From a virus, in the IMG/VR virus record IMGVR_UViG_3300030503_000212, positions 38,493 through 102,492 of that record: a stretch of DNA of 64,000 nt; one strand, given 5' to 3'. The notes below the pieces were generated by a model. It saw only the letters and a list, made by a program, of their open reading frames with translations, was not told the DNA's origin and did no database searches. Both the position numbers and the translations under genes were made by a program. Positions 55,230 to 64,000 of this stretch are shown here, piece after piece (position 1 is the stretch's first letter; the number at the start of each line of letters is the position of its first letter).

Positions 55230-58200
55230 TGCTGAGAATGATTGTCAAAAACGACAACGGGACATTCGACTATTCAAACTATGTCGACTGGACAACCTTG
55301 CAGATCACCAGTCAGCTCTCTGTGCCCACACAGATGCAGGTTGTGTTCTATCAGTACGATCAGAATTTCATTCCGCCATTCGAGCGCTGCTACGTTCAGA
55401 TATGGAGCGATAAAGACGGCAAGACCCTGTTTACTGGGTTTGTTGCAGCAACACCCGACATTCAGTTTGTAGCTGTAGGCAGTTCTCAGCAACAATTTTT
55501 CAAATACTCCGTAACGTGTACCTCGGATGAGTATCTGTTGAATTTCAAGTCGCCGCCATACATCCCAGCGATCATCAACCAGACACAGGGGCAGATCCTA
55601 GCTCAGCTTGCAGAGATCCTAGCTCCCGGGTTTTATGACACTTCGTTGATTCAGCCGGGCTTTCTGGTGCCGTACTATACTTGGGACCCAACGCAGACGT
55701 GGTCAATGGTGGCCAAGACGTTTGCTGACTCTGCACGTTATTTCTACACATGCAAAGATAAAAAGATCGTCTATGCCCCGTACGGCCAAGGCGATCTGGG
55801 AATTTCTTATGACGAGGTAAATACACCCTCTACACGCTGGAATGCGGCCAAGCTACAGACTACGGTTCTCCAGGTACCAACCGTCAACGATGTACTAGTG
55901 GTTGGTGATGTTGAGGCGGGCAACTCTCATACGGACTATTTCATCGGAGACGGGTTTACAGGCGAATTCCCACTTACTTATGCCACATTCCAGTCGCGTT
56001 CAGCATTGCTACTTGAGGACGACTTTACTCAAGATTCAATGAACACGCAGAACTGGACGCTGAACGATCCGCAAAACAATTTCAATTTTAGTGTTGGAGC
56101 CTTGAATCTGGTTTCGCCTGCTACCGGTCCTGCATCCACTGGACAGCTCATTGCGAACAACGGTGTTGAGCTTGCTGGGGGTATGGAATTTCAGCACGGC
56201 GAAGTTCAGTTCAATGATGTATCGAGTGGAGAGATTGGCGGTCTCTATTTTGATGCATCGGTCATAGATCAGTTTTGTGCGTTTGAAATATCGACGCCGG
56301 GCAGCGTAACGCTTACAGCATCTGGGGCTGGCGGTATCGCTATGCAGCCAAGTTTGTCCGGAGCACTCTTGGGACCGCAGATCATATCGCAGCCCAATCA
56401 TCACTATGTGCTCAACACAAAGATTCAGTGCCCATCCGAGACACGATTTCAACAAGTGTTCGCTACCAAGGATGGTACGTACTTTGCAGGTCAAGCACAG
56501 TCGATGTTCGGTAATGTCACATTCTCTATCGAGGATGTGGATATCGGAGCAACTTACAATCAGTCGTTGACTGGTATCTACAATGATCCAGTTTCAACGA
56601 CAACAGTATTTACAGCGTCAGGTGTGCTGTTGCCAGCTTATGCAGCGTATGCGCTGATTAAGAATGGGCGTCAAAATCTCACACTTAACTACTGTTTGTT
56701 GAGCAAGACCCCAGCAGGATCACTTTCTATTGCGGGCAGCACATCAGGAGCGTTCTTACCCACGGGTGCGATCCTGCCATTTACAGGACCTGAGTCGGAA
56801 TACGCTGGTGCTGTGTCACCCTACTTGAGCGGTCAGATTGTGTTGTCATCAGGCATCACAGGATCGTTGGCAGCTCCTACACCTCTGTATCCGGCGAATC
56901 AGCATACGCTGGGATTTGGGCTTGATGAACAAGACGCATCAGTCATCCAGGGAGCTAACAATAATAATGTTGATACCTTGGGGTTCTATCTCACCACTAC
57001 GCCTGCAGCTGGATCGCGTGTGGCATTTACGAGCAATGAGTCACAACGAGCCGTTGCTCGCGTTGTAGACATGGTGGATGTCGACTATGAGGCCGGGCTT
57101 GTAGGGGACGATGGGCATCGAAGTGCCATTGTCTCGAACATGAGTCCATTGCCCCGTACATCCGAGGATTGCGACGCAGCATGCCAAGCCTATATTTACG
57201 ACCGCGAACAGATTTTCTATAACGGAACGTATACGGCTGAGAGCGATCTGTTCCAGCAGGACATCAACGACTTTCCGTACTATCCATTTGCAGGTCGCAA
57301 CATCAACATAAACTGCCCAGCACGAAATATTGTGGACACAGACTATCTGGTTACACAGGCAGTGTTGAGTGTTTTAGAGGCTGGGAGTGAAACACTAAGT
57401 TGGGCGTTCACATTCGGCGCTGATACTCGCACTGAGAAACTGTTGAGCGCATTCACGCCGTCACAACCAACGAATATCCTAACGACAATCGGCGGCGGCA
57501 GCACATCACAGCAAGCTGGAGACACAGCTAACATTCCATTGCCACAAGCACTAGCTCAGGTTGTTACCGGTTCGTACTTGCCCGATCTTATCGACGTGAG
57601 TGCTTACGCGATTGTGGACACATCCGTCTACATCACAGTCAATAGTCCTTTGGTGGCAGCTGTACCACCTGTCAGTGTCACATACCCAGTAGCTCCGGGC
57701 GGTCCCGGTTTCCCATACGCCCCGCCGATCATCTCGCGACCAATCCAAGCGATGTCTTTGGCGCGATCTCAAGCTCAGGCTATTGTGGGCACGTGGTCTC
57801 CTGTAAGCGGCTCTGGAGGTGTAGGTGTTGTCTCACAGCCTGTTCAGCGTATCGGACCAGCACAGTCCACACCACCAGCACCGCCAATCATTGCAGCACC
57901 AGGTCAGACGTATGTCGAAGTTCGCCTCTCAGATCAGAACTGGGGACAGAACAGTGCCAATCTTATTGCACGTTATCAGGTAAGCTCGTTCACACTGTTA
58001 AAAAATAACTACGATCAAACGTGGTACATGAGGCTTGTGCAGTTCGATGAGAATGACAATCCTTACATGTTCAGTCGCCGGACCAAAGTAATACGCGTCG
58101 TGTATCCATTCAGGCCCACATCGCCAACGATTGTGTTTGCAACTACTGCCGACATCCAGTTAGATTTCTCAGGAGATCAGCGTAACATTTACGGAATCGA

Positions 58201-59584
58201 AGTTAGGGCAACAGACGACGCAACGATCCTGTTCCAACAGTCGGCTAATGACACGACCGATATGTATTTCAATCTGCAACAGTATTTGCCGGAGTTGGCA
58301 CTTATTGCTGAGAACACATCGGCGTTTACCCCAACCGGAACATTCTTGCGTGGATATACCGCACGATTCTTTAATCATCAGTGGCTGTACTCTGTGCCGA
58401 CAGAGATTTATATCCCACCACCACCTGCACCTGAGCTTAGTATCGGTGTGCGGTTCTCCCAGATGTTGCAGATCAATTCAGATATCATTACGCGTGACGA
58501 TATTGCTCAACAGACTTTGGAACTTTCTTTTGACAACTTTGCATCAGTTTGGCAGACAGTTCAGAGCTCCGGCCAGCCGGGATCGTGGGCAATCACTGTA
58601 CCGAGTACGGGCGATGTATGGGCTCAGTCGTATCGCAATGATCTGTTGGGATCTGGTGCAATGTCTGCTGTCCTGCATATTCCCCAAGGCCAGCTGATTG
58701 CAAGTGATTACTTGGCAACACAGGGATCTGTACCACCTGTTGTAACGAACAACGTCAATTCGCTGTTCTCATATTTTGCAACGAGCGGTTCACTTACTAT
58801 TGTCTCGTTGCCATTTGGTATTTCGTTTCCCAACGGTGCTGTGTCTGAGTTGCCATCTGTGACGGGCATATACACCACAGCCATCGGAGCTACAGGTACA
58901 GGATTGCAGCCGTCCACGGTGTATAACTATTTCCCGGCGATTGCTAATGTATTGACGGCTGACGAAACGGTAGAAATCAATGGACTGTATGCAACGGTTG
59001 CACCTACTGTCATCCAAGCTCTTATAGGCGATGGGATGGTCGTTCTGTCAAATGGGGCGTTGCAGGCGACGACAGCGGCATCAGGTAGCAGTGGAGGCAC
59101 ATCGGGCGGCGGCAGCTATCACCCGGGTACAGGTGGGAGTGGTGCCTGCACTGAGGAGTCAGAACTAATTACGATGGCCGATGGTAGTGATCGGCGCGGC
59201 GGCGACTTGATGGCAGGTCATCTCCTCAAAGGACCAAAAACTGTTGCGGGCAAGATTCGTACGATCACTAAGGTTCCACATACGCCTTTGTTTCTGATTA
59301 CAACAGTAACTGGGCGACATGTTAAAGCATCAGAATCTCACGCATTCAAAATCAACAAGCGATGGGCGTCTGTAGGCGAGATGATCGAACGTTTTGCCGA
59401 GGGCGAAATATTGACTGCAACTACTGTTGACGGAGATGAGCAGATACTTTCTATTGATTATGCCGGATCTGGTACGGTAGTATGCCTCAAATTAGTAAAG
59501 GGTCAACACGTCTATTATGCAGGTGGATTTGAATCGCACAATGCTGTGTACAAGCCCGCAATACCATCATCGGAGACTGCGTAA
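55229..59584 (+). CDS. tail tip/hub-central fibre protein with C-terminal Hint domain
   Basis: Follows tape measure; beta-rich; Gly/Ser linker then C1307 TEESELITMADG...YYAGGFESHN1438. Confidence 0.85.
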   Translation: MLRMIVKNDNGTFDYSNYVDWTTLQITSQLSVPTQMQVVFYQYDQNFIPPFERCYVQIWSDKDGKTLFTGFVAATPDIQFVAVGSSQQQFFKYSVTCTSDEYLLNFKSPPYIPAIINQTQGQILAQLAEILAPGFYDTSLIQPGFLVPYYTWDPTQTWSMVAKTFADSARYFYTCKDKKIVYAPYGQGDLGISYDEVNTPSTRWNAAKLQTTVLQVPTVNDVLVVGDVEAGNSHTDYFIGDGFTGEFPLTYATFQSRSALLLEDDFTQDSMNTQNWTLNDPQNNFNFSVGALNLVSPATGPASTGQLIANNGVELAGGMEFQHGEVQFNDVSSGEIGGLYFDASVIDQFCAFEISTPGSVTLTASGAGGIAMQPSLSGALLGPQIISQPNHHYVLNTKIQCPSETRFQQVFATKDGTYFAGQAQSMFGNVTFSIEDVDIGATYNQSLTGIYNDPVSTTTVFTASGVLLPAYAAYALIKNGRQNLTLNYCLLSKTPAGSLSIAGSTSGAFLPTGAILPFTGPESEYAGAVSPYLSGQIVLSSGITGSLAAPTPLYPANQHTLGFGLDEQDASVIQGANNNNVDTLGFYLTTTPAAGSRVAFTSNESQRAVARVVDMVDVDYEAGLVGDDGHRSAIVSNMSPLPRTSEDCDAACQAYIYDREQIFYNGTYTAESDLFQQDINDFPYYPFAGRNININCPARNIVDTDYLVTQAVLSVLEAGSETLSWAFTFGADTRTEKLLSAFTPSQPTNILTTIGGGSTSQQAGDTANIPLPQALAQVVTGSYLPDLIDVSAYAIVDTSVYITVNSPLVAAVPPVSVTYPVAPGGPGFPYAPPIISRPIQAMSLARSQAQAIVGTWSPVSGSGGVGVVSQPVQRIGPAQSTPPAPPIIAAPGQTYVEVRLSDQNWGQNSANLIARYQVSSFTLLKNNYDQTWYMRLVQFDENDNPYMFSRRTKVIRVVYPFRPTSPTIVFATTADIQLDFSGDQRNIYGIEVRATDDATILFQQSANDTTDMYFNLQQYLPELALIAENTSAFTPTGTFLRGYTARFFNHQWLYSVPTEIYIPPPPAPELSIGVRFSQMLQINSDIITRDDIAQQTLELSFDNFASVWQTVQSSGQPGSWAITVPSTGDVWAQSYRNDLLGSGAMSAVLHIPQGQLIASDYLATQGSVPPVVTNNVNSLFSYFATSGSLTIVSLPFGISFPNGAVSELPSVTGIYTTAIGATGTGLQPSTVYNYFPAIANVLTADETVEINGLYATVAPTVIQALIGDGMVVLSNGALQATTAASGSSGGTSGGGSYHPGTGGSGACTEESELITMADGSDRRGGDLMAGHLLKGPKTVAGKIRTITKVPHTPLFLITTVTGRHVKASESHAFKINKRWASVGEMIERFAEGEILTATTVDGDEQILSIDYAGSGTVVCLKLVKGQHVYYAGGFESHNAVYKPAIPSSETA

Positions 59585-59974
59585 ATGCTTAGAATTCGCT
59601 ACATGATCGTGGATCACCCAGCAGCATCAGACGGGCAGCTGCACGTAGCCAACGGCAAAATGCAGCACGTGCCGTTTGTCCATCCTTATGTCCCCCTTTA
59701 CCATTGGGTACGGATGGACGACTCAACAATATTTCTCAAAGCTACCTACTACAACCTCAATCATAAGAAACTCATGGATGAGCCTAAGGTAACGGTTTTA
59801 CCGTCGACGTTCAGTCGTCAAACGGTGAAGTCCGCTATTGACGAGCAAAATAATCCTCATCATCATGACGCACTGCATCATCACCAAGTTCCTTATACCG
59901 ATCAGACAACAACGTCGGATCTAGTGGACTGGTTTGCTAAATACGAAAGCGGGATTTTCGATCATGAGGTCTAG
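59585..59974 (+). CDS. His-rich hypothetical protein
   Basis: Abuts the upstream stop. Confidence 0.6.
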   Translation: MLRIRYMIVDHPAASDGQLHVANGKMQHVPFVHPYVPLYHWVRMDDSTIFLKATYYNLNHKKLMDEPKVTVLPSTFSRQTVKSAIDEQNNPHHHDALHHHQVPYTDQTTTSDLVDWFAKYESGIFDHEV

Positions 59975-60422
59975 CCGGAGTCACAGAACGTACTCTGCTA
60001 TACGCGCAACTATCTGGGGTGGATTCGGTTACACGGATCTCCGAAAAAAGCACAATATGACCTCTGAGGAGGCAACACACAAAGCTATTTGGCTACGCGG
60101 TCTCCTCAAAGAGCTTGGGCTAGCTCCCATCACAATCGATACATTCAGGCTTGATAATCCATTCATGGACCCGGATGCTCGCGCCGTGCTTATAGCCGAT
60201 GCCATACGTCTAAAATCAGAGTATGGAACAGGTGCGTGTAACAGGCGATCACGTCAGTGTGAAATTCGAGAAACCGTATCCGGAACAACTGTTTCGAGAG
60301 GCGATGAGCTACCGGGTCAAAGGGTGGTTCTTTATCCCAGCAGTCAAGAATGGGACATGGGACGGATACAAGTCCCTCATCACCAGGGGCAAAGTTTCGA
60401 CGGGGCTGTATCGGGCGATTAA
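59934..60422 (+). CDS. hypothetical protein (3' third overlaps helicase; doubtful)
   Basis: Fills 59974-60222 but overlaps the helicase by 200 nt. Confidence 0.35.
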   Translation: MLNTKAGFSIMRSSRSHRTYSAIRATIWGGFGYTDLRKKHNMTSEEATHKAIWLRGLLKELGLAPITIDTFRLDNPFMDPDARAVLIADAIRLKSEYGTGACNRRSRQCEIRETVSGTTVSRGDELPGQRVVLYPSSQEWDMGRIQVPHHQGQSFDGAVSGD

Positions 60423-61683
60423 ACAAGAGCTAGAGCAAACAGGTGGAATTACGTTTGACGAGCACATTGTGTTGAGTGATCCGCCTCCTATTGTGCCGGG
60501 CATCAAGTCTGATAGGCTCCATCAAAATGAATGCGTTGAGGCGATGATAAAGTCCCTCCCTCTCGGTGGGGGAACGATTCTGGCTGCAACATCCTCAGGA
60601 AAGACTGCTGTTGCAGCATTCTTTTACTCACAAGTAAGTGGTAATCATCTGTTCATCGTCGATCAGCGCAAACTACTGCATCAGGCACGAGCAGATATAG
60701 CCAATTTTCTCAAAGAGCCAGTGGGTATTGTCGGTGATGGGTATTTTGAACCCGGGCGAGTTACTGTTGCCACGATTCAGACGCTTGACGGTATAGACAA
60801 ATGGGGCGTTCAGGCAAAGCAACAACGTCTAATGGAGTATCTTGGATGTTTAGAGACAACCATCGTAGATGAGGTTCACGTACAGCTCTCGCAGCGTAAT
60901 TTCGACGTTGTAGGCAATTTGAACCCCAGGGCTAGGTTTGGGCTTACAGCAACACTCCAGCTTTCAGAACGCGAAGTGTGGCTCAAGGTGAGTGCATTTA
61001 GCGGCCCAGTCATCTACACATATCCAATCGAGCGCGGTATTCGTGAGGGCATTTTATCCAAGGTCGTTTACTACCAGATCCTGTTCCCGCCATGTGTACC
61101 CCAAAAAGAGCTGGATGCTAATCCTGGGATCGATGAGCGTTGGGAATTAGTTGTGACAGCTCCGGATAAGAACGCAGCCCTCAAAATGCTTACACGAGGC
61201 TATCTAAAACGAAATCGATATCTGGTGACGTTAGCTGATCGGCATGACCATATCGACTACGCCTCCAGAATGCTCCACGAGTTCAATCCCATGATTATTA
61301 CCGGACTTACCAAACGGAATAAGGCCGATGACTATATCGATCAGTTCGAGCGCGGCATCAATCGACATATTATTGCCAGCCGCGTATTCAATAAGGGCAT
61401 CTCAATCAAGCGCATCGACACGATCATCAACATTGGTGAGACTGAGGATGCGAATACCATCGTTCAGCAGATAGGCCGCGAACTGCGATTACATGAGGCC
61501 AAGGACGGCGCTATATTCGTGGATTTCGGCACGACTACGTACCGCTATGGCAAGGCAGCACGCGCCCGTCTTGAGGCTGTAAAGGCTGCGGGCATCCCAG
61601 TACGCGTATTTCACTGGGGACGTGACCGTGAGGCATTTTTCGCAGCCTGCAAGCCAGCATCACAGATGGAGCTGCCAATATGA
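60223..61683 (+). CDS. SF2 DExH helicase (UvsW-like)
   Basis: LAATSSGKT Walker A, IVDEVH, GLTAT, FNKGISI, QQIGRELR. Confidence 0.92.
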   Translation: MEQVRVTGDHVSVKFEKPYPEQLFREAMSYRVKGWFFIPAVKNGTWDGYKSLITRGKVSTGLYRAIKQELEQTGGITFDEHIVLSDPPPIVPGIKSDRLHQNECVEAMIKSLPLGGGTILAATSSGKTAVAAFFYSQVSGNHLFIVDQRKLLHQARADIANFLKEPVGIVGDGYFEPGRVTVATIQTLDGIDKWGVQAKQQRLMEYLGCLETTIVDEVHVQLSQRNFDVVGNLNPRARFGLTATLQLSEREVWLKVSAFSGPVIYTYPIERGIREGILSKVVYYQILFPPCVPQKELDANPGIDERWELVVTAPDKNAALKMLTRGYLKRNRYLVTLADRHDHIDYASRMLHEFNPMIITGLTKRNKADDYIDQFERGINRHIIASRVFNKGISIKRIDTIINIGETEDANTIVQQIGRELRLHEAKDGAIFVDFGTTTYRYGKAARARLEAVKAAGIPVRVFHWGRDREAFFAACKPASQMELPI

Positions 61684-61955
61684 TCGGAATTGGCTGCATC
61701 ATCGGAATCGTCATTACTCTTTGGATCATAAATAGGGGCATGAAAGCTCAACAGAAAGTAAAAGCCCAAACACATACAGTATTGGTATCAACAGAGCAAT
61801 ATGTGTTCGGAAACATTATTGCCGATGAGGCTACTCGTAGAGCTGATATCTACTTAGATTTCATACAAAAGAATTTAGCAGAACAAGGCTTAGATCACTC
61901 ACAAGTAAATGCGATCATAAATCGACTCGATGAAATAGTGTTGAGCAAGAAATGA
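61680..61955 (+). CDS. single-TM small protein
   Basis: N-terminal TM; ATGA overlap. Confidence 0.6.
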   Translation: MIGIGCIIGIVITLWIINRGMKAQQKVKAQTHTVLVSTEQYVFGNIIADEATRRADIYLDFIQKNLAEQGLDHSQVNAIINRLDEIVLSKK

Positions 61956-62146
61956 TGGGTAGAAAATAGCCAAAACATTGAGGTTTTACGCACTCACAAA
62001 CATTCAATCAGTTAGTAGTAAGGACCGCCCATTTTTACCCCATATTACTGTTGATTTTCACCTCGTTCTGGCATGCCCATTTAGAACGACTTACTACTGA
62101 CAAAACGCGATAAATTTTACTCAATAACAAGTGAGGAATTTCGGCA

Positions 62147-62515
62147 ATGGATACATACGGAACAGAGGCAAAACTAGCACCTATTTTACGAGCCCGTACA
62201 ACAACAACTCATGCCCCTTTTGACCTATTGTCTGAGCGATGGCCAGCTGTAATCGAGGTCAAGACGTATAAAGGCAAAAGCCAACAGGTAATCATGAACA
62301 AACGTGCTCGTGAGCGTAAACAACAGTATGTCGAGGCTCACGGTGTCCAATCGTTTACAGTTGTCGTTCAACACGTCGGTACCCGTATTCGCTATTATGT
62401 GTGTGAGGGTTTCGGAGGTTTCTCCATCCCAGGGATGACCGAGGTAAAGACTCCAGCAGCTATCAGACGCTACATCGATGGGAGAATGGAGCATTATGGC
62501 TATCAACCTAACTGA
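62147..62515 (+). CDS. PD-(D/E)xK nuclease-fold protein (paralog of 14485..14955)
   Basis: APFDLL...IEVK...NKRARERKQQY...YYVCEG. Confidence 0.7.
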   Translation: MDTYGTEAKLAPILRARTTTTHAPFDLLSERWPAVIEVKTYKGKSQQVIMNKRARERKQQYVEAHGVQSFTVVVQHVGTRIRYYVCEGFGGFSIPGMTEVKTPAAIRRYIDGRMEHYGYQPN

Positions 62516-63056
62516 TGTGCTCCAAAAGCTGGATGCACGGTCTCAGCGGGACTTGGCACGATCCTCAATGTTGGTCGTCAAGACTATCTCAGCACAAGTA
62601 AGTCAACAGATTAGGCTCTCTGAGACGGACAAAATACGCTGCCTCAGATGGCTCACATGGGCAAGACGCCACGCAGTTCCACTTTCTTATGTAATCCGTA
62701 AAGCCTTTGAGTGGGGTGAAGGTACAACCTCCAAATCCCAGAGATTGAAACGGAAAGCTACGTTGTTCCCGATATCGCTGGCGGCTATGACTGGCTCTAT
62801 GTGCTACGAGTGGCTCGTGGAGGAGATTGGCAAGGACTGGGACAATCGGCCTGTCACCGAGGCCCTCAGGCAAAAGATGCTCAATAGCGTTTTGGTATCA
62901 CCTGCCGCGAGCCAAGGCAAACTGTTGGACTTTGCTACGATTGACGCTTTTGCAGACGACTATTCAGAACATGTACGGCTTCGGCGTAAAGCTCGTGAAA
63001 GCGCTGAATTACTGTTGAGCAAGTCAAAACCATTTCGTGGGAATCCATTTAGATAA
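62496..63056 (+). CDS. hypothetical protein
   Basis: GGAG RBS before ATG 62496. Confidence 0.65.
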   Translation: MAINLTDVLQKLDARSQRDLARSSMLVVKTISAQVSQQIRLSETDKIRCLRWLTWARRHAVPLSYVIRKAFEWGEGTTSKSQRLKRKATLFPISLAAMTGSMCYEWLVEEIGKDWDNRPVTEALRQKMLNSVLVSPAASQGKLLDFATIDAFADDYSEHVRLRRKARESAELLLSKSKPFRGNPFR

Positions 63057-63089
63057 ACTGGCTATAATCTGTTGTGAGGTGGTTCTACG

Positions 63090-63428
63090 ATGTATTACGC
63101 ATACTTACTGTTGTTGCTGTTCGCCGGTCATGCGCTCTGCGACTATCCGTTGCAGGGCGACTTTTTGTCTAAGGCCAAAAACCACAAGTCCCCGATTCCC
63201 GGCGTCCCGTTCTGGCAGGCACTGACGGCGCACAGTCTGATACACATGGGCATGGTCCTGCTGATTACAAACAGTATTGAGCTGGCTATAGCGGAGTTCA
63301 TCGTTCATTGGGTTACAGACTACTCAAAGTGTGGTGGCTTGATCTCATACAACCAAGATCAGTTCATTCACTATTTTTCCAAGGTGCTTTGGATCAGCAT
63401 CCTGTATACGGCGGTGAGACATGGCTGA
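63090..63428 (+). CDS. DUF3307-family membrane protein
   Basis: GHALCDYPLQGDFL..AK, HSLIH, HWVTDYSKC, DQFIH. Confidence 0.85.
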   Translation: MYYAYLLLLLFAGHALCDYPLQGDFLSKAKNHKSPIPGVPFWQALTAHSLIHMGMVLLITNSIELAIAEFIVHWVTDYSKCGGLISYNQDQFIHYFSKVLWISILYTAVRHG

Positions 63429-64000
63429 GATGCCTGACGCGAATGTACGACTACATTTCGATCATCCAGATCAACTGAAACTGGACATCGAACTGACTCC
63501 GGCACATGCGGCTCTGGAGGCTCTGAACACTAAGTACGCACTCAAGATTGTACATATGCGGGCTGAGCACGAGCAGCTAAAAAAGCGGCTCCAACAGGTG
63601 GATGACTTTCTTGTGACGGAGTGGGTATCGCCTCCGGGTCCGGATGGTGATTACAGAACAGTCCTACAGGATGTTGTCAGTCAAAACACGCTGATGGTTA
63701 GCGATCCGGCGGTTTCATCCTATGCCAATGCTGCCAATGACCTAGCAAAAGCAGTCCAAGACATATTGATGCAATTATCGAATCCGCTCGTCTATGTCAA
63801 TGCCCGACTGTTGCGAGTATCGTTTGATGCTTGGAGAGATGCTGTAAAAGCCGAACAGACAAGCAGATTCCCATCACTCCGTAATCGAGCAAATCGTCAA
63901 AATATTGTTTGGGACTGGATACTCAATACGTTTGGGGCCGAGGAAGCAACGCACGTACCCCAACGTGGCTTACGGCTTGTGGAGGAGGCTCTGGAGGCTG
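63421..64000 (+). CDS. protein with C-terminal MazG-like NTP pyrophosphohydrolase domain (3' truncated, not in ORF track)
   Basis: Open from ATG 63421 to window end; WDWILNTFGAEE...QRGLRLVEEALEA. Confidence 0.65.
   Translation, partial: MAEMPDANVRLHFDHPDQLKLDIELTPAHAALEALNTKYALKIVHMRAEHEQLKKRLQQVDDFLVTEWVSPPGPDGDYRTVLQDVVSQNTLMVSDPAVSSYANAANDLAKAVQDILMQLSNPLVYVNARLLRVSFDAWRDAVKAEQTSRFPSLRNRANRQNIVWDWILNTFGAEEATHVPQRGLRLVEEALEA

Noticed and set aside
59147-59542. Hint domain as a mobile splicing intein
   Set aside because: No homing endonuclease, Ala follows the terminal Asn, and only 13 residues remain as C-extein
1-64000. Stop-codon reassignment, tRNA genes, integrase or repressor
   Set aside because: Core genes are full length in the standard code; no cloverleaf or recombinase motif recognised by eye, so lifestyle cannot be called from this window
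1-64000. Specific host assignment
   Set aside because: GH24 lysozyme, GT9 and GroES suggest a diderm host but give no taxon-level evidence without searches

Overview
The window is an internal 64-kb segment of a large tailed dsDNA bacteriophage genome, most likely a siphovirus (1736-aa tape measure, tail tube, no sheath gene seen). It uses the standard genetic code and is cut at both ends (SbcC/gp46-like ATPase on the left, MazG-like ORF on the right). Layout: 1-13 kb is accessory genes, with a mostly leftward block at 3.1-9.0 kb and a rightward array of small ORFs at 9.1-13 kb. 13-28 kb holds candidate virion-cargo enzymes (PD-(D/E)xK nuclease, zeta-like kinase, InPase), receptor-binding proteins, MuF head protein, lysozyme and holin-like genes. 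28-39 kb holds glycosyltransferases, HNH, GroES-like and TerL among many small ORFs. 39.5-59.6 kb is the portal-protease/scaffold-capsid-neck-tail module, ending in a tail-tip protein with a C-terminal Hint domain. 60-64 kb holds an SF2 helicase and nucleotide-metabolism genes. No integrase, tRNA, rRNA or CRISPR array was recognised; host is undetermined. The two strongest unexplained signals are: (1) a genome-wide DNA motif (core TACTGTTG; palindromic form TCAAC-N5-GTTGA), counted about 50 times by eye versus about 2 expected, with the best copies just upstream of gene starts; (2) non-structural-looking proteins sharing V-x-A-GGPGSG motifs and many hydrophobic-x-Ala sites with the protease/scaffold, suggesting protease-processed cargo packaged in the head. 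All family assignments come from motif recognition by eye, not database searches.
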